From Gemmatimonadales bacterium (GTDB taxonomy: Bacteria; Gemmatimonadota; Gemmatimonadetes; Gemmatimonadales; GWC2-71-9), in NCBI GenBank assembly GCA_051955835.1, contig JBQCGH010000120.1:7019-71018 (forward strand): a DNA stretch of 64,000 nt, read 5' to 3'. Shown piece after piece: positions 7,774 through 16,483 of this stretch. A program made the translations under genes and the position numbers. Numbering within the stretch: position 1 is the first letter of the stretch; every line of letters starts with the position of its first letter. Below the pieces are notes generated by a model. That model worked only from the letters and a program-made list of their open reading frames with translations, had not been told where the DNA came from and did not search any database.

Positions 7774-9708
7774 TCAGAACTGTATCTGCGCTCCCAACTC
7801 GACCACCCGGTTGGGCGGGAGCCCGAAGAATGCGGTGGCGGACCGGGCATTCCGGGTCATCAGGATGAACAGCTTCTTGCGCCAGAGCGACATCCGGCCC
7901 ATGCCGTCGCCCGGGTTGGCGCGGTGGGAGGCGCGGGTGGCAATGAGGGTCTCGCGGCCGAGGTAGAAGCTCGTATCCATCACTTTCACGCTGACCGGCT
8001 TGCCATCGGCGCCGGCCCGGCCCAGCGCATGGAGCACGGCCGGCACGTCGGGCGTTTCCATGAAGCCGTAGTGGGCCAGCACCTGGTAGAAGCCATCGCC
8101 CAGCTCCTTGCAGGTCACGCGGCCCTCGGCGTCCACCTGGGGAATCTCCTCCGTCACCACCGACATCAGCATCACCTTCTCGTGCAGCACCTTGTTGTGC
8201 TTGAGGTGGTGCAGCAGGACCGGCGGCGCGCCGGTGGCATCGGAGGTGAGGAACACGGCCGTGCCCGGCACTCGCGGCGGCTTCCGCCGGCCGACGTCGG
8301 CGAGGAAGAGGTCCATCGGGAGGGTGTTCTCGCGGACGATGGCGGCGAGCCGGGCGCGGCCGCGGTTCCAGGTGGTCATGAGCGTGTAGATGCCGATCGC
8401 CACGACCAGCGGGAACCACCCGCCCTGCCGGATCTTCACCGCGTTGGCGGCGAAGAAGGCGCCGTCGACCACGAGGAACAACGTGGTCAGGGCCCAGGCG
8501 CGCGGAGGGGGCCACCCCCACAGGTCGCGCGCCACCGTGTGGAACAGGAGCGTGGTGATGATCATGGTGCCGGTCACGGCGATGCCGTACGCGGCCGCGA
8601 GGTTGGTCGAGCTGCGGAAACCGATGACCAGCGCGAGGCAGCCCACCCAGAGCGCCTGATTCACCTCGGGGATATAGATCTGCCCCATCTCGGTCTTGGA
8701 GGTGTGCACGATCGTCACCCGCGGGCTGTACCCCAGCTGCACGGCCTGCCGGGTGAGCGAGAACGCGCCCGAGATCAGCGCCTGTGAGGCCACGATCGCG
8801 GCCGCGGTCGAGACCACGACCATCGGGTACAGCCCCCAGTCGGGCACCAGCGAGTAGAACGGGTTCACCGCCGCGGCCGGACGCTCGAGCAGCAGGGCCG
8901 CCTGCCCGAAGTAGTTGAGGAGCAGGCAGGGCAGCACCACGCCGAACCAGGTGAGCTTGATCGGCCGCCGTCCGAAGTGCCCCATGTCGGCGTAGAGGGC
9001 CTCGGCGCCAGTCATCACCAGCACGACCGAGCCCAGCACCAGGAAGCCCTGGACCCCGTCGCGGAGGAACAGGTTCACCGCGTGCGCCGGGTTGAGCGCG
9101 ACGAGGATGCCGGGATGGATGAGGATGCCACGCACGCCGAGCCCCGCGATGCAGGCGAACCAGATGGCCATGATCGGCCCGAAGATGCGTCCCACGCCGG
9201 CCGTCCCGATCCGCTGAAACAGGAACAGCACGCTCAGGATCACGACTGCGATGGGCCAGACGAACCGGCTGAACGCGGGCGTCGCCACCCCGATGCCTTC
9301 CACGGCGCTCAGCACCGAGATCGCCGGGGTGATGACACCGTCGCCGTAGAGCAGCGCTGCGCCGAACAGTCCCAGGCTCAGGAGCGCCGCCCGCGCCCGG
9401 TCGGCCCGAGTGCGCGGCCGGACCAGGGCCAGCAGCGCCAGGATGCCCCCCTCGCCCCGGTTGCTGGCGCGGAGCACGAAGGTCACGTACTTGAACGAGA
9501 CGACGAAGTTGATCGACCAGAAAACCAGCGACATCACGCCGATGACGTTTTTGTGGGTGGGCGGGATGCTGTGGTGCCCGCCGAAGCACTGCTGGAGCGC
9601 ATACAGCGGGCTGGTCCCGATGTCGCCGTAGACCACGCCGAGCGTGGCGAGCGAGAGCGAGAGGAACGCGAGCCCCCTGGTGGGGGTCTGGCTCGGGCCG
9701 GTGGACAC
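7774..9708 (-). CDS. kup: KUP/HAK/KT family potassium transporter
   Basis: 'GVVYGDIGTSPLYA' signature, a 12-TM N-terminal half and a soluble C-terminal domain. The GTG start directly abuts the VKOR stop (TAAGTG). Confidence 0.93.
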   Translation of the reverse strand: MSTGPSQTPTRGLAFLSLSLATLGVVYGDIGTSPLYALQQCFGGHHSIPPTHKNVIGVMSLVFWSINFVVSFKYVTFVLRASNRGEGGILALLALVRPRTRADRARAALLSLGLFGAALLYGDGVITPAISVLSAVEGIGVATPAFSRFVWPIAVVILSVLFLFQRIGTAGVGRIFGPIMAIWFACIAGLGVRGILIHPGILVALNPAHAVNLFLRDGVQGFLVLGSVVLVMTGAEALYADMGHFGRRPIKLTWFGVVLPCLLLNYFGQAALLLERPAAAVNPFYSLVPDWGLYPMVVVSTAAAIVASQALISGAFSLTRQAVQLGYSPRVTIVHTSKTEMGQIYIPEVNQALWVGCLALVIGFRSSTNLAAAYGIAVTGTMIITTLLFHTVARDLWGWPPPRAWALTTLFLVVDGAFFAANAVKIRQGGWFPLVVAIGIYTLMTTWNRGRARLAAIVRENTLPMDLFLADVGRRKPPRVPGTAVFLTSDATGAPPVLLHHLKHNKVLHEKVMLMSVVTEEIPQVDAEGRVTCKELGDGFYQVLAHYGFMETPDVPAVLHALGRAGADGKPVSVKVMDTSFYLGRETLIATRASHRANPGDGMGRMSLWRKKLFILMTRNARSATAFFGLPPNRVVELGAQIQF

Positions 9709-10158
9709 TTACGCCGATCCGGTGTCCCGCATCAGGGTGGCGGCCGCGGCGTGGCGCCGCTCGAGCAGCGCCACGACCAGGAGGCTCACGATGATCACCG
9801 CAGAACCGACGCACCAGCGGCAGACGGCATGGATGACGAAGAGCTCGAGGGAGGTGAGATACACGGTGAACAGGACGCCGCCCGCCGCCAGCGCGGTGAA
9901 CAGCCGCATCGGCCCCGGGCGACCCTCGGCGGACTGGAGCGCCACCAGCGCCACGACGAGGAGCACTGCATAGCCGACCACGCCGACCAGCGATACCTCG
10001 ACGCCCAGCACACGGCTCCAGGGACTGAGCTGCACGGTCTCGCAGCCGCCACTGCCGCAGGCGAGCGTCCCGATACGTCCGATCTTATAGAGGTAGAGGT
10101 AGGCGGACACGAAGAGCCCGACGAGGCTCAGGAGCGCCGCCCACATTCGGTAGATCAT
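9709..10158 (-). CDS. vitamin K epoxide reductase (VKOR) family protein
   Basis: Loop cysteines 'CGSGGC' and active-site 'CRWC' in a 4-TM protein. Directly downstream of a DsbA-like gene. Confidence 0.85.
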   Translation of the reverse strand: MIYRMWAALLSLVGLFVSAYLYLYKIGRIGTLACGSGGCETVQLSPWSRVLGVEVSLVGVVGYAVLLVVALVALQSAEGRPGPMRLFTALAAGGVLFTVYLTSLELFVIHAVCRWCVGSAVIIVSLLVVALLERRHAAAATLMRDTGSA

Positions 10159-10841
10159 TTGGCGCTGGTCGTCTTCGGCGCGAGCGAGTCCACCAGCCGG
10201 GTGATGGCGTCGGAGTCGAGCCGGCCGCTGTACAGCCGCCCGCCGACCAGAAGCGTCGGGGTCGAGTTCACCCCTACGCGCACCGCTTCCTCATAGCTCG
10301 CCTGGATCCGGCCCGCGTGGGCATGGGACGACATGCAGGCGTCGTACTTGGCGAGGTCGAGCCCGTTCTCTCCAGCGTACTTGCGGAAGACCGACGCGGC
10401 GTCATGCGACTCCGCCCATTCCGCCTGGCCCTCGTAGAGCTTCTCATGCTGCTGCCAGAACTTTCCCTGATCGTCGGCGCAGGCCGCGGAGTGGGCGGCG
10501 AGCCGGGAGTACGAATGCTGCTGCAGCGGGAAGTCCTTGTAGCGCCAGCGCAACCTTCCGGTCTTGATCAGCCGCTCCTCGATGGTGGGCATCTGCAGGG
10601 TGGCGAAGGTCTGGCAGAAGGGGCACTGGTAGTCGGCGTACTCGGTGATCTCGACCGGCGCGCTGGCCTCACCTTTCACGTAGCCGTTGAAACCCGCCGT
10701 GTCCTTGGGCTGGACCGTGACGTTGGCCGGAATGCTCACCGTGGCGGGCCTCGAGAGCTGCCAGCCCAGCAAACCGATGCCCACCACGGCCACGGCACCG
10801 AGCAGGCCGTAGAAGCGCTTCATTCCGGGCGTTGCCGCCAT
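10155..10841 (-). CDS. DsbA-family thiol:disulfide oxidoreductase (secreted or anchored)
   Basis: N-terminal hydrophobic anchor and thioredoxin-fold active site 'YQCPFCQ'. 4-nt overlap with VKOR. Confidence 0.85.
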   Translation of the reverse strand: MAATPGMKRFYGLLGAVAVVGIGLLGWQLSRPATVSIPANVTVQPKDTAGFNGYVKGEASAPVEITEYADYQCPFCQTFATLQMPTIEERLIKTGRLRWRYKDFPLQQHSYSRLAAHSAACADDQGKFWQQHEKLYEGQAEWAESHDAASVFRKYAGENGLDLAKYDACMSSHAHAGRIQASYEEAVRVGVNSTPTLLVGGRLYSGRLDSDAITRLVDSLAPKTTSAK

Positions 10842-11128
10842 GGCTCGTCGTCCTCCGAATCGTCGGCGTGAAACGGGTCTTGCCGCTGCGCCTCGTCCAC
10901 GATGCGCCGGCTGTCGGCGACCTCGGGGGTGTCGTAGGTGGAGCGGACCTCGTAGTGGAACATCTCGCTGCGCGCATCGCCCATGAGGCGGAGAAGCTCG
11001 GGCACGCCTCGGAGCAGCTGCCCCGAGCGGTCCAGCTCCCGGATGCGCTCCGCCAGGGCGCGCAGCATCTCCGCGAGCCGGTCGGCCCGCGCGTCGTCGT
11101 ACACTTCCTCGTGCTCTGCCATGGCCAC
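10820..11128 (-). CDS. hypothetical acidic protein
   Basis: Non-shadow amino-acid composition. It overlaps the DsbA start by 22 nt and sits behind a low-GC promoter region. No family recognised. Confidence 0.5.
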   Translation of the reverse strand: MAMAEHEEVYDDARADRLAEMLRALAERIRELDRSGQLLRGVPELLRLMGDARSEMFHYEVRSTYDTPEVADSRRIVDEAQRQDPFHADDSEDDEPWRQRPE

Positions 11129-11304
11129 CTCGAGGAGCGGCGGGACTCCTCGGTCAAGTTCATGTAAATGTTGCCGATAAACATAATCACCAGAGCGCGG
11201 GGCCAGCCAAATGGGCTGGTTTGCACCAAAAGGTGCAACCGGGTTAAATTCCGGTACGGGACAGCCCGTGAACCCCCGGAGACCCGACGCTCAAAGGACG
11301 GTGC

Positions 11305-11571
11305 ATGAACAAGAAGAAGACCCGACGTGACCCTGAAGCGGTATCGTTTGCGCAGGCCCGTGACGAGATGTTCAGTCACATTCTCCGCTGTGGCGTGATC
11401 GACGCGCTGCCGGAGCACCAGAAGGACTGGTTCGACGACACGATGCTCTACCTGGCCGACCGGTACGAGGACCTGACCGAAGAGGAGCTGGCGCAGCTTC
11501 GCCAGTTGGGCGAGCGGTTCTGCCAGCCAGTCCAGCGGAAGGTGGAGACAGTCGAAAGCGGCGCGGCGTAA
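11305..11571 (+). CDS. hypothetical protein (88 aa)
   Basis: ATG with AAGGA 9 nt upstream, balanced composition, and a strong intrinsic terminator downstream. Confidence 0.6.
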   Translation: MNKKKTRRDPEAVSFAQARDEMFSHILRCGVIDALPEHQKDWFDDTMLYLADRYEDLTEEELAQLRQLGERFCQPVQRKVETVESGAA

Positions 11572-11596
11572 GCCGGCCGACTCGCAACACGCCGCC

Positions 11597-11632
11597 GCCC
11601 CGATGCGCCTTGTGTGCATCGGGGCGTTTTGT
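11597..11632 (+). terminator. intrinsic terminator
   Basis: Perfect 10-bp stem gccccgatgc/gcatcggggc (11597-11606 / 11616-11625) followed by gttttgt. Confidence 0.7.
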
Positions 11633-11715
11633 CAGGCGGACGGGCGAGCGGACGAGCCGGAAGGGCACACCCGACAAGTCCGTGGTGTCGGCCCGCCTGC
11701 TCGCCGGTCCGCCTG
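11633..11715. repeat. hairpin-type member of the GC-rich repeat family
   Basis: 'caggcggacgggcgagc' (11633-11649) pairs with 'gctcgccggtccgcctg' (11699-11715) at 16 of 17 positions. It shares 'caggcggac' and 'ggcgagcaggcgg' with the 7571-7772 element. Confidence 0.5.
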
Positions 11716-11720
11716 CTGAA

Positions 11721-12212
11721 TCACTCGGGGGCCCAGTCCACCGGGAATGTGCGCCAGCGGTAGCCCAGGGCGAGGCGGGCGCCGCCGCCGACCCCGGCCT
11801 CGGCGAACCAGCCGGTGCGCGCGCCGGGACGCTGTTCGAGGCCGAGGGTGACCACCACATAGCCCTGGTCGACCGGACCGCCGGCGACGGCGACACCCCC
11901 GGCGCCGTAGAGGGCGGGGCCGCGGCGACGCGTGGGGTTGAGGAGAAAGTGGATCAGGGCCTCGCCGCGCCAGGCCGCCTCGCCCTCGCTCACGCCAGCG
12001 GCGAGGGCGAGCGAGCAACGGGTGCGGAGCGAGGTGCGGAGCGCCGCGAGCCCGCCGGCGAGGAACACGGCCGGATCAGCGGCCATGGCGATGCCCTGCA
12101 CGCCGACTTCGAGCACGCGTTGGGCGGCAAGTGGCGGGGGCGCGAGCACGGCGCCGGCGACGAGCGCGACGGCGAGCGCACGCGATGTTCCGCTACTCCA
12201 AGGTGAGCCCAT
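11721..12212 (-). CDS. hypothetical secreted protein (Gly/Ala-rich, possible small beta-barrel)
   Basis: Signal-peptide-like N-terminus 'ALAVALVAGAVLAPPPLAAQ' and an aromatic C-terminal end. Family not recognised. Confidence 0.45.
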   Translation of the reverse strand: MGSPWSSGTSRALAVALVAGAVLAPPPLAAQRVLEVGVQGIAMAADPAVFLAGGLAALRTSLRTRCSLALAAGVSEGEAAWRGEALIHFLLNPTRRRGPALYGAGGVAVAGGPVDQGYVVVTLGLEQRPGARTGWFAEAGVGGGARLALGYRWRTFPVDWAPE

Positions 12213-12603
12213 GCGTCACGCGGATATCGGGCGCGAGCGAGTGCAGCACGGAGCAGTATTTGGTAACGGACAGCTCGATCGCGCGGCTGGCCTTGGCCTC
12301 GTCGAGGCCATCACCGCGGAGATGGTACTCGAAGTGCAGCGAGGTATAGCGGCGCGGCTCCTGCTCGCGCCGTACGCCGCTGGCCTCTATGCGGAACGCG
12401 CGCAAGGTGACCCGCATCTTGGCCAGAATGCTCACCACGTCGGATGCGCTGCAGGATGCGGCGGCGAGCAGCAGCGTGAGCATGGGGCCGGGCGCCGCCA
12501 CGTTGTCGCCGTCGACGGTGGTGACGGGGCCGCCAGGCTCGCCGCCCCGAAAGACGAAGTCCGACTGCCACGCCAGCGAGATCCGTTTGGTCTCTTCCGC
12601 CAT
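12193..12603 (-). CDS. OsmC family protein
   Basis: 'LLAAASCSASDVVSILAKMR' and 'SVTKYCSVLHSL' carry the two conserved OsmC/Ohr cysteines. The ATG at 12603 overlaps the upstream TAA by 1 nt. Confidence 0.85.
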   Translation of the reverse strand: MAEETKRISLAWQSDFVFRGGEPGGPVTTVDGDNVAAPGPMLTLLLAAASCSASDVVSILAKMRVTLRAFRIEASGVRREQEPRRYTSLHFEYHLRGDGLDEAKASRAIELSVTKYCSVLHSLAPDIRVTHGLTLE

Positions 12604-13166
12604 TACGCCTCTCGGCCGCCCAGGCGCCGCTCGGCCCGCGGCGCCACCCGGTAATAGTCCCAGATCGCGTACAGCGCGACGGCCGTGGTCGCCCAGGCGA
12701 GCGGGCGAAGGCGCGGCGAGTCGGCCAGAAACGCGACCAGCGTGAGCACCTGCGCGACGGTCACGGCCTTGCCGCCGGCCCGCGCGGGAATCGCGCGCGG
12801 CCGGTGCGCGAACAGCGTCACCACGAAGGCCACCGTCGCCACGATGTCGCGGAGCAGCACACCAAGGATCTCGTACCACTCGAGCCGGCCGCTGAACGCG
12901 ACGACCCCGAAGGCCGATGCCATGAACAGCTTGTCGGCCACGGGGTCGAGCACGGCACCGAGCGACGAGCTGCCGAACCGTCGGGCGATCTGCCCATCGA
13001 GCAGATCACTCGCCGCGGCGAGCGCCAGCAGCACGAGGCGCACGCCGTTCGACGCGAACGGGAACGCGATCGCGAGCGGGATGCGCACCGCGCTGAGCAC
13101 GTCCGCGGTGCTCCACACCGCGCGGTCTTGCTCGCCCTCGCGGCGCGGACTAGGTTCGGACGCCAT
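12603..13166 (-). CDS. CDP-alcohol phosphatidyltransferase family protein
   Basis: Motif D-x2-DG-x2-AR-x8-G-x3-D-x3-D is present as 'DLLDGQIARRFGSSSLGAVLDPVADK'. Confidence 0.8.
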   Translation of the reverse strand: MASEPSPRREGEQDRAVWSTADVLSAVRIPLAIAFPFASNGVRLVLLALAAASDLLDGQIARRFGSSSLGAVLDPVADKLFMASAFGVVAFSGRLEWYEILGVLLRDIVATVAFVVTLFAHRPRAIPARAGGKAVTVAQVLTLVAFLADSPRLRPLAWATTAVALYAIWDYYRVAPRAERRLGGREA

Positions 13167-13342
13167 GGCCTGCAAGATACTCGCATGACGCTCGACGCCG
13201 CGGTCAGTCCCTGCGGCGGGCGCGGCGCCGCAGTGCATCGCATCGCGCGCCGGCTGCGTAGGGAGATTCTGCCGGTCGCGCCCGGCGGGCATCGGGTGGC
13301 CTTCGCCGTGTATCCTCCCCGCGCCTGAGCGATTCGCCCGCC

Positions 13343-13669
13343 GTGGACGCCGCGTTCAACTACCATCTCGACGAGCTCACCGGCATCAGCGGCACTCGGC
13401 TGGCCGATTCGGCCGGGCTCTGCGCGGTGCTCGTGGCCGCGGCGAGCGCGATCGGCATGTCGCCGCTGGGGCCGCCCATCTCGCGCGAAGGCGCGGGCGG
13501 CTCGTCGGTGGCGCTCCTCTGCCGGGACGGGCACATCGTGCTCCACACCGTGCCGCACGACGGCTTCTGCTTCGTCACGGTGGTGGCGCGCGCACCGGTG
13601 GACGCGGGGCGCGGCGTGGACGTCATTGCGCGGGCGCTGTCGAGAGAGTCGGGACGCGCTGCAACCTGA
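13343..13669 (+). CDS. S-adenosylmethionine-decarboxylase-like (PF02675-type) protein lacking the pyruvoyl serine
   Basis: By eye it aligns to prokaryotic SpeD/SpeH ('GHIVLHTVPHDGFCFVTVVA' against '[22 protein letters not shown]'). The 'ES' cleavage site is replaced by 'DG'. GTG start. Confidence 0.5.
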   Translation: MDAAFNYHLDELTGISGTRLADSAGLCAVLVAAASAIGMSPLGPPISREGAGGSSVALLCRDGHIVLHTVPHDGFCFVTVVARAPVDAGRGVDVIARALSRESGRAAT

Positions 13670-13828
13670 TCTTTGTTCGTTCGGGGGTCAGCCGGAGTGA
13701 TACGGGGCCGGAGCTCCGCCGGGCCCCGGCCCCGTCTCGCTCCGGCTGAGTTCTTAGTCAGAACTACGCTTCAGGGTTGGAGCTTTCCCTCTTCGGCTGG
13801 GAATATCACTTCAGGATGCAGCTTTCCT

Positions 13829-16480
13829 TTAGGACTGGAGCGCGGCGACCGGGGGTCTGACCGCGCCCCTGCCGCGAACCACGCCTTCCACCCGGCGTGC
13901 CGGATCGAGTGACGCGCGGGCTACCCGCAGCACATCGTCGGCCGTGACCGCGCGGTAGGCGGCCGCGGGATCGGCCAGCTCGCCCAGGCCGTTTCCGGCG
14001 ATCCAAGCTTCCAGGATCTCCGCCGCGACGGCACCGCCGCTCTGGCGGCTTACCTCGGCCTGTCCGGCGAGGTAGTTCACCGCCTGGCGCAGCTCGGGCT
14101 CGGTCACGGGCTCCCGGGCGAAGCGGGCCAGCTCGCGCAGCATCTGGTCGCGCGCTTCCTCCTCGCGCTCGGGCGAGGTGGCGATATAGGTGACCAGCGC
14201 GCCCGCCCGCGCCTTGAGCCACGCGGAGGCGACCACGGTGTAGGCCAGGGAGCGCCGGTCCCGCAGCGCCTCGAACAGACGCCCGCCCAGGCCGCTCGCG
14301 ATCGCCGCCCAGACCAGCGCGGCCGCGCGATCGGGCGACCGCCGCGAGAACCCGGGGAACACCATCGCCAGGGCCGCCTGCGCCTTGTCGCGGGGCACCA
14401 CCCGCGCGGGCGGCTCACCGCTGTCGCCGGCCGACCAGTCGAGCGCGGGAAGCGGACCGCTGTCCGCGCGAGCCGGCGCGTCGCCGAAGATCCCGGCCAG
14501 CGCGGCGGACGCGCGCTCGGGCTCCAGATCGCCCACGGCGATCACGACCGGCCGCGTGCCGACCAGCGCGTGCGCCTGCCACGCGCGAACGTCGGGCGCG
14601 GTGATGGCGGGCAGCGTGTGGGGCAGTCCGGACACGGGCAGCCCGTACCCCACCCCGCCGAACGCTTCGGCAAAGGCGAGCTGGAACGGGAAGCGGAACA
14701 TGTCGTCGGCCACCTGCTCCGCTTCGGCGATCATGATTCCGCGCTCACGCTCGACGTCGGCCGGGTCCAGTCTGGGCGAGGCAAAGACGAGCCGGAGCAG
14801 CTCGGCCGCGTCGCCCAGGTGCTCCGAGAGCACGGAGGTCGCAAAGCCGAGCCAGTCCACCGTGGCCGCGGGACTGAGGGTGCCCCCGAGCCGCTCGAAG
14901 GCGAAAGCGAGCGCCGCGGCGTCGAGGGCGCCGGCGCCGCGCACGGCGGCCCGCACGGTGAGCGCGCCGAGGCCAGCCTGCGCCGGCGGGTCCAGCTCGC
15001 GGCGCGGCACGTAAATGCCGAGATGGGCGAGCGGCACGCCCGCTTTCCTCCGCACCAGGAGGTCGACCCCGGCGAGCGCCGTGTGCCACACGTCGCCCTC
15101 GACTCGCCGAGCGGCGGGCGGTGACGGCGCCGCGACGGTGACCGGAGCCGCCGCGGGCGAGGGCGCCGTCGCGCGAAGCTCGGTGACGGCAAAGGCGCGG
15201 CCCAACGCGTCGGCGGTGAGGTCCTCGCCTTGGTCCTCCGGCAGGTACAGGACGGCCGAGACGGCGTCGGGCTGGAGATACCGCGCGGCGACCATGCGAA
15301 CCTGGTCCGCCGTGACGGCGCTCAGCGCCTCGAATTCGCGATCCAGAAAGTCGTAGCCGTCGAGCGCCTCCGCCGCGGCCAGCGCCGCCGCGCGGCCTTC
15401 CATCGGCTCGAGGCGGCGGGCCCACCGCGCGCGGAGCAGTGTTCGCGCCCGCTCGAGATCCTCCGGCGGCGGACCCAGCAGCGCCAGCCGGCTCACCGTG
15501 CCCGCAATGGCGTCGAGCGCCGGCCGCACCCGCTCGGGCGAGAGCTCCGCGGCAATGCCGAAGACCCCGAGTTCGGTCGGGGCGTAGTAGTTGGCCGTGA
15601 TCGACGTGACCAGGCCGGTCTCGCGGAGACCGCGGTACAGCCAGCTTCCGCGCCCGGCGCTCAGCACGGCGGCGGCGAGGTCGAGCGCGGGCGCCTCGGG
15701 CGAGAGCGGCGGGGCGGCGCGCCAGCCGAGCACGAGCTCGGCCTGGCTCACGTCGCCGCGGAGCGTGCGGGCGCGCACCTGGCGCCGTTCGGGCTCGTCA
15801 GGCGAGCGGTCGACCGCGCCGGGAGCGGCAGGCCAGTCGGCGTAGGCCTCGCGGGCCAAGGCGAGCGCCCGATCGGGATCGAGGTCGCCCACGATCGCGA
15901 CGATGGCGCGCTCGGGGACGTAGCGCGAGGCGTAGTATCCGTGCACGTCGGCCCGCCGGAACCCGGCGAGCTCGGCTTCATGGCCGATGCGCCAGCGGCG
16001 GATCCGGTGCCGGTCGTACATGACCTCGTGCAGGGTCTCGTACGCGACCGCCGAGGGCGTGTCGAGCTTGCGCTTTGCTTCCTGGATAATGACCTGCAGC
16101 TCGCGGGCGAGCTCGGTCTCGTCGATGGCGGAGTGCCGGAGGGCGTCGGCCTGGATGTCGAGCGCCTGGGCGAGGCCGGACGCGGGGAGAACCGTGAAGT
16201 AGGTGGTGTGATCGTACGTGGTGCTGGCGTTGAGATAGCCGCCGGCGCTCTTGGTCTCGCGGGCGATGGCGCCCACGCCGCGGCGCGCCGTCCCTTTGAA
16301 GAACATGTGCTCGAGCACGTGGGAGATGCCGGCCCAGCGATCAGGCTCGTCAAAGAAGCCAGCCTCCACGTGGGTCACCACCGCCACGACCGGCGCCGAG
16401 TGGTCCGGCTGCACCAGCAGCCGGAGCCCGTTCGACAGCACCTCCCGGCGGACGCCGTCGGTCCAATGCGTCCGCGCCAC
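13829..16480 (-). CDS. M16 (pitrilysin) family zinc peptidase, duplicated two-module form
   Basis: Inverted zinc motif HxxEH in 'ISHVLEHMFFKGT'. At 883 aa it corresponds to two M16 active/inactive pairs. Confidence 0.9.
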   Translation of the reverse strand: MARTHWTDGVRREVLSNGLRLLVQPDHSAPVVAVVTHVEAGFFDEPDRWAGISHVLEHMFFKGTARRGVGAIARETKSAGGYLNASTTYDHTTYFTVLPASGLAQALDIQADALRHSAIDETELARELQVIIQEAKRKLDTPSAVAYETLHEVMYDRHRIRRWRIGHEAELAGFRRADVHGYYASRYVPERAIVAIVGDLDPDRALALAREAYADWPAAPGAVDRSPDEPERRQVRARTLRGDVSQAELVLGWRAAPPLSPEAPALDLAAAVLSAGRGSWLYRGLRETGLVTSITANYYAPTELGVFGIAAELSPERVRPALDAIAGTVSRLALLGPPPEDLERARTLLRARWARRLEPMEGRAAALAAAEALDGYDFLDREFEALSAVTADQVRMVAARYLQPDAVSAVLYLPEDQGEDLTADALGRAFAVTELRATAPSPAAAPVTVAAPSPPAARRVEGDVWHTALAGVDLLVRRKAGVPLAHLGIYVPRRELDPPAQAGLGALTVRAAVRGAGALDAAALAFAFERLGGTLSPAATVDWLGFATSVLSEHLGDAAELLRLVFASPRLDPADVERERGIMIAEAEQVADDMFRFPFQLAFAEAFGGVGYGLPVSGLPHTLPAITAPDVRAWQAHALVGTRPVVIAVGDLEPERASAALAGIFGDAPARADSGPLPALDWSAGDSGEPPARVVPRDKAQAALAMVFPGFSRRSPDRAAALVWAAIASGLGGRLFEALRDRRSLAYTVVASAWLKARAGALVTYIATSPEREEEARDQMLRELARFAREPVTEPELRQAVNYLAGQAEVSRQSGGAVAAEILEAWIAGNGLGELADPAAAYRAVTADDVLRVARASLDPARRVEGVVRGRGAVRPPVAALQS

Positions 16481-16483
16481 GCG

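Noticed and set aside
7652-9814. A 720-aa minus-strand ORF overlapping kup and VKOR.
   Set aside because: Low-complexity Arg/Pro/Gly composition. The Kup frame carries the GDIGTSPLYA signature and a 12-TM profile.
13829-16480. The M16 peptidase as the PqqF/PqqG protease of the PQQ pathway.
   Set aside because: It is the same enzyme family, but the gene lies about 9 kb from pqqA on the opposite strand, in its own operon with a TPR protein. There is no linkage evidence in the sequence.
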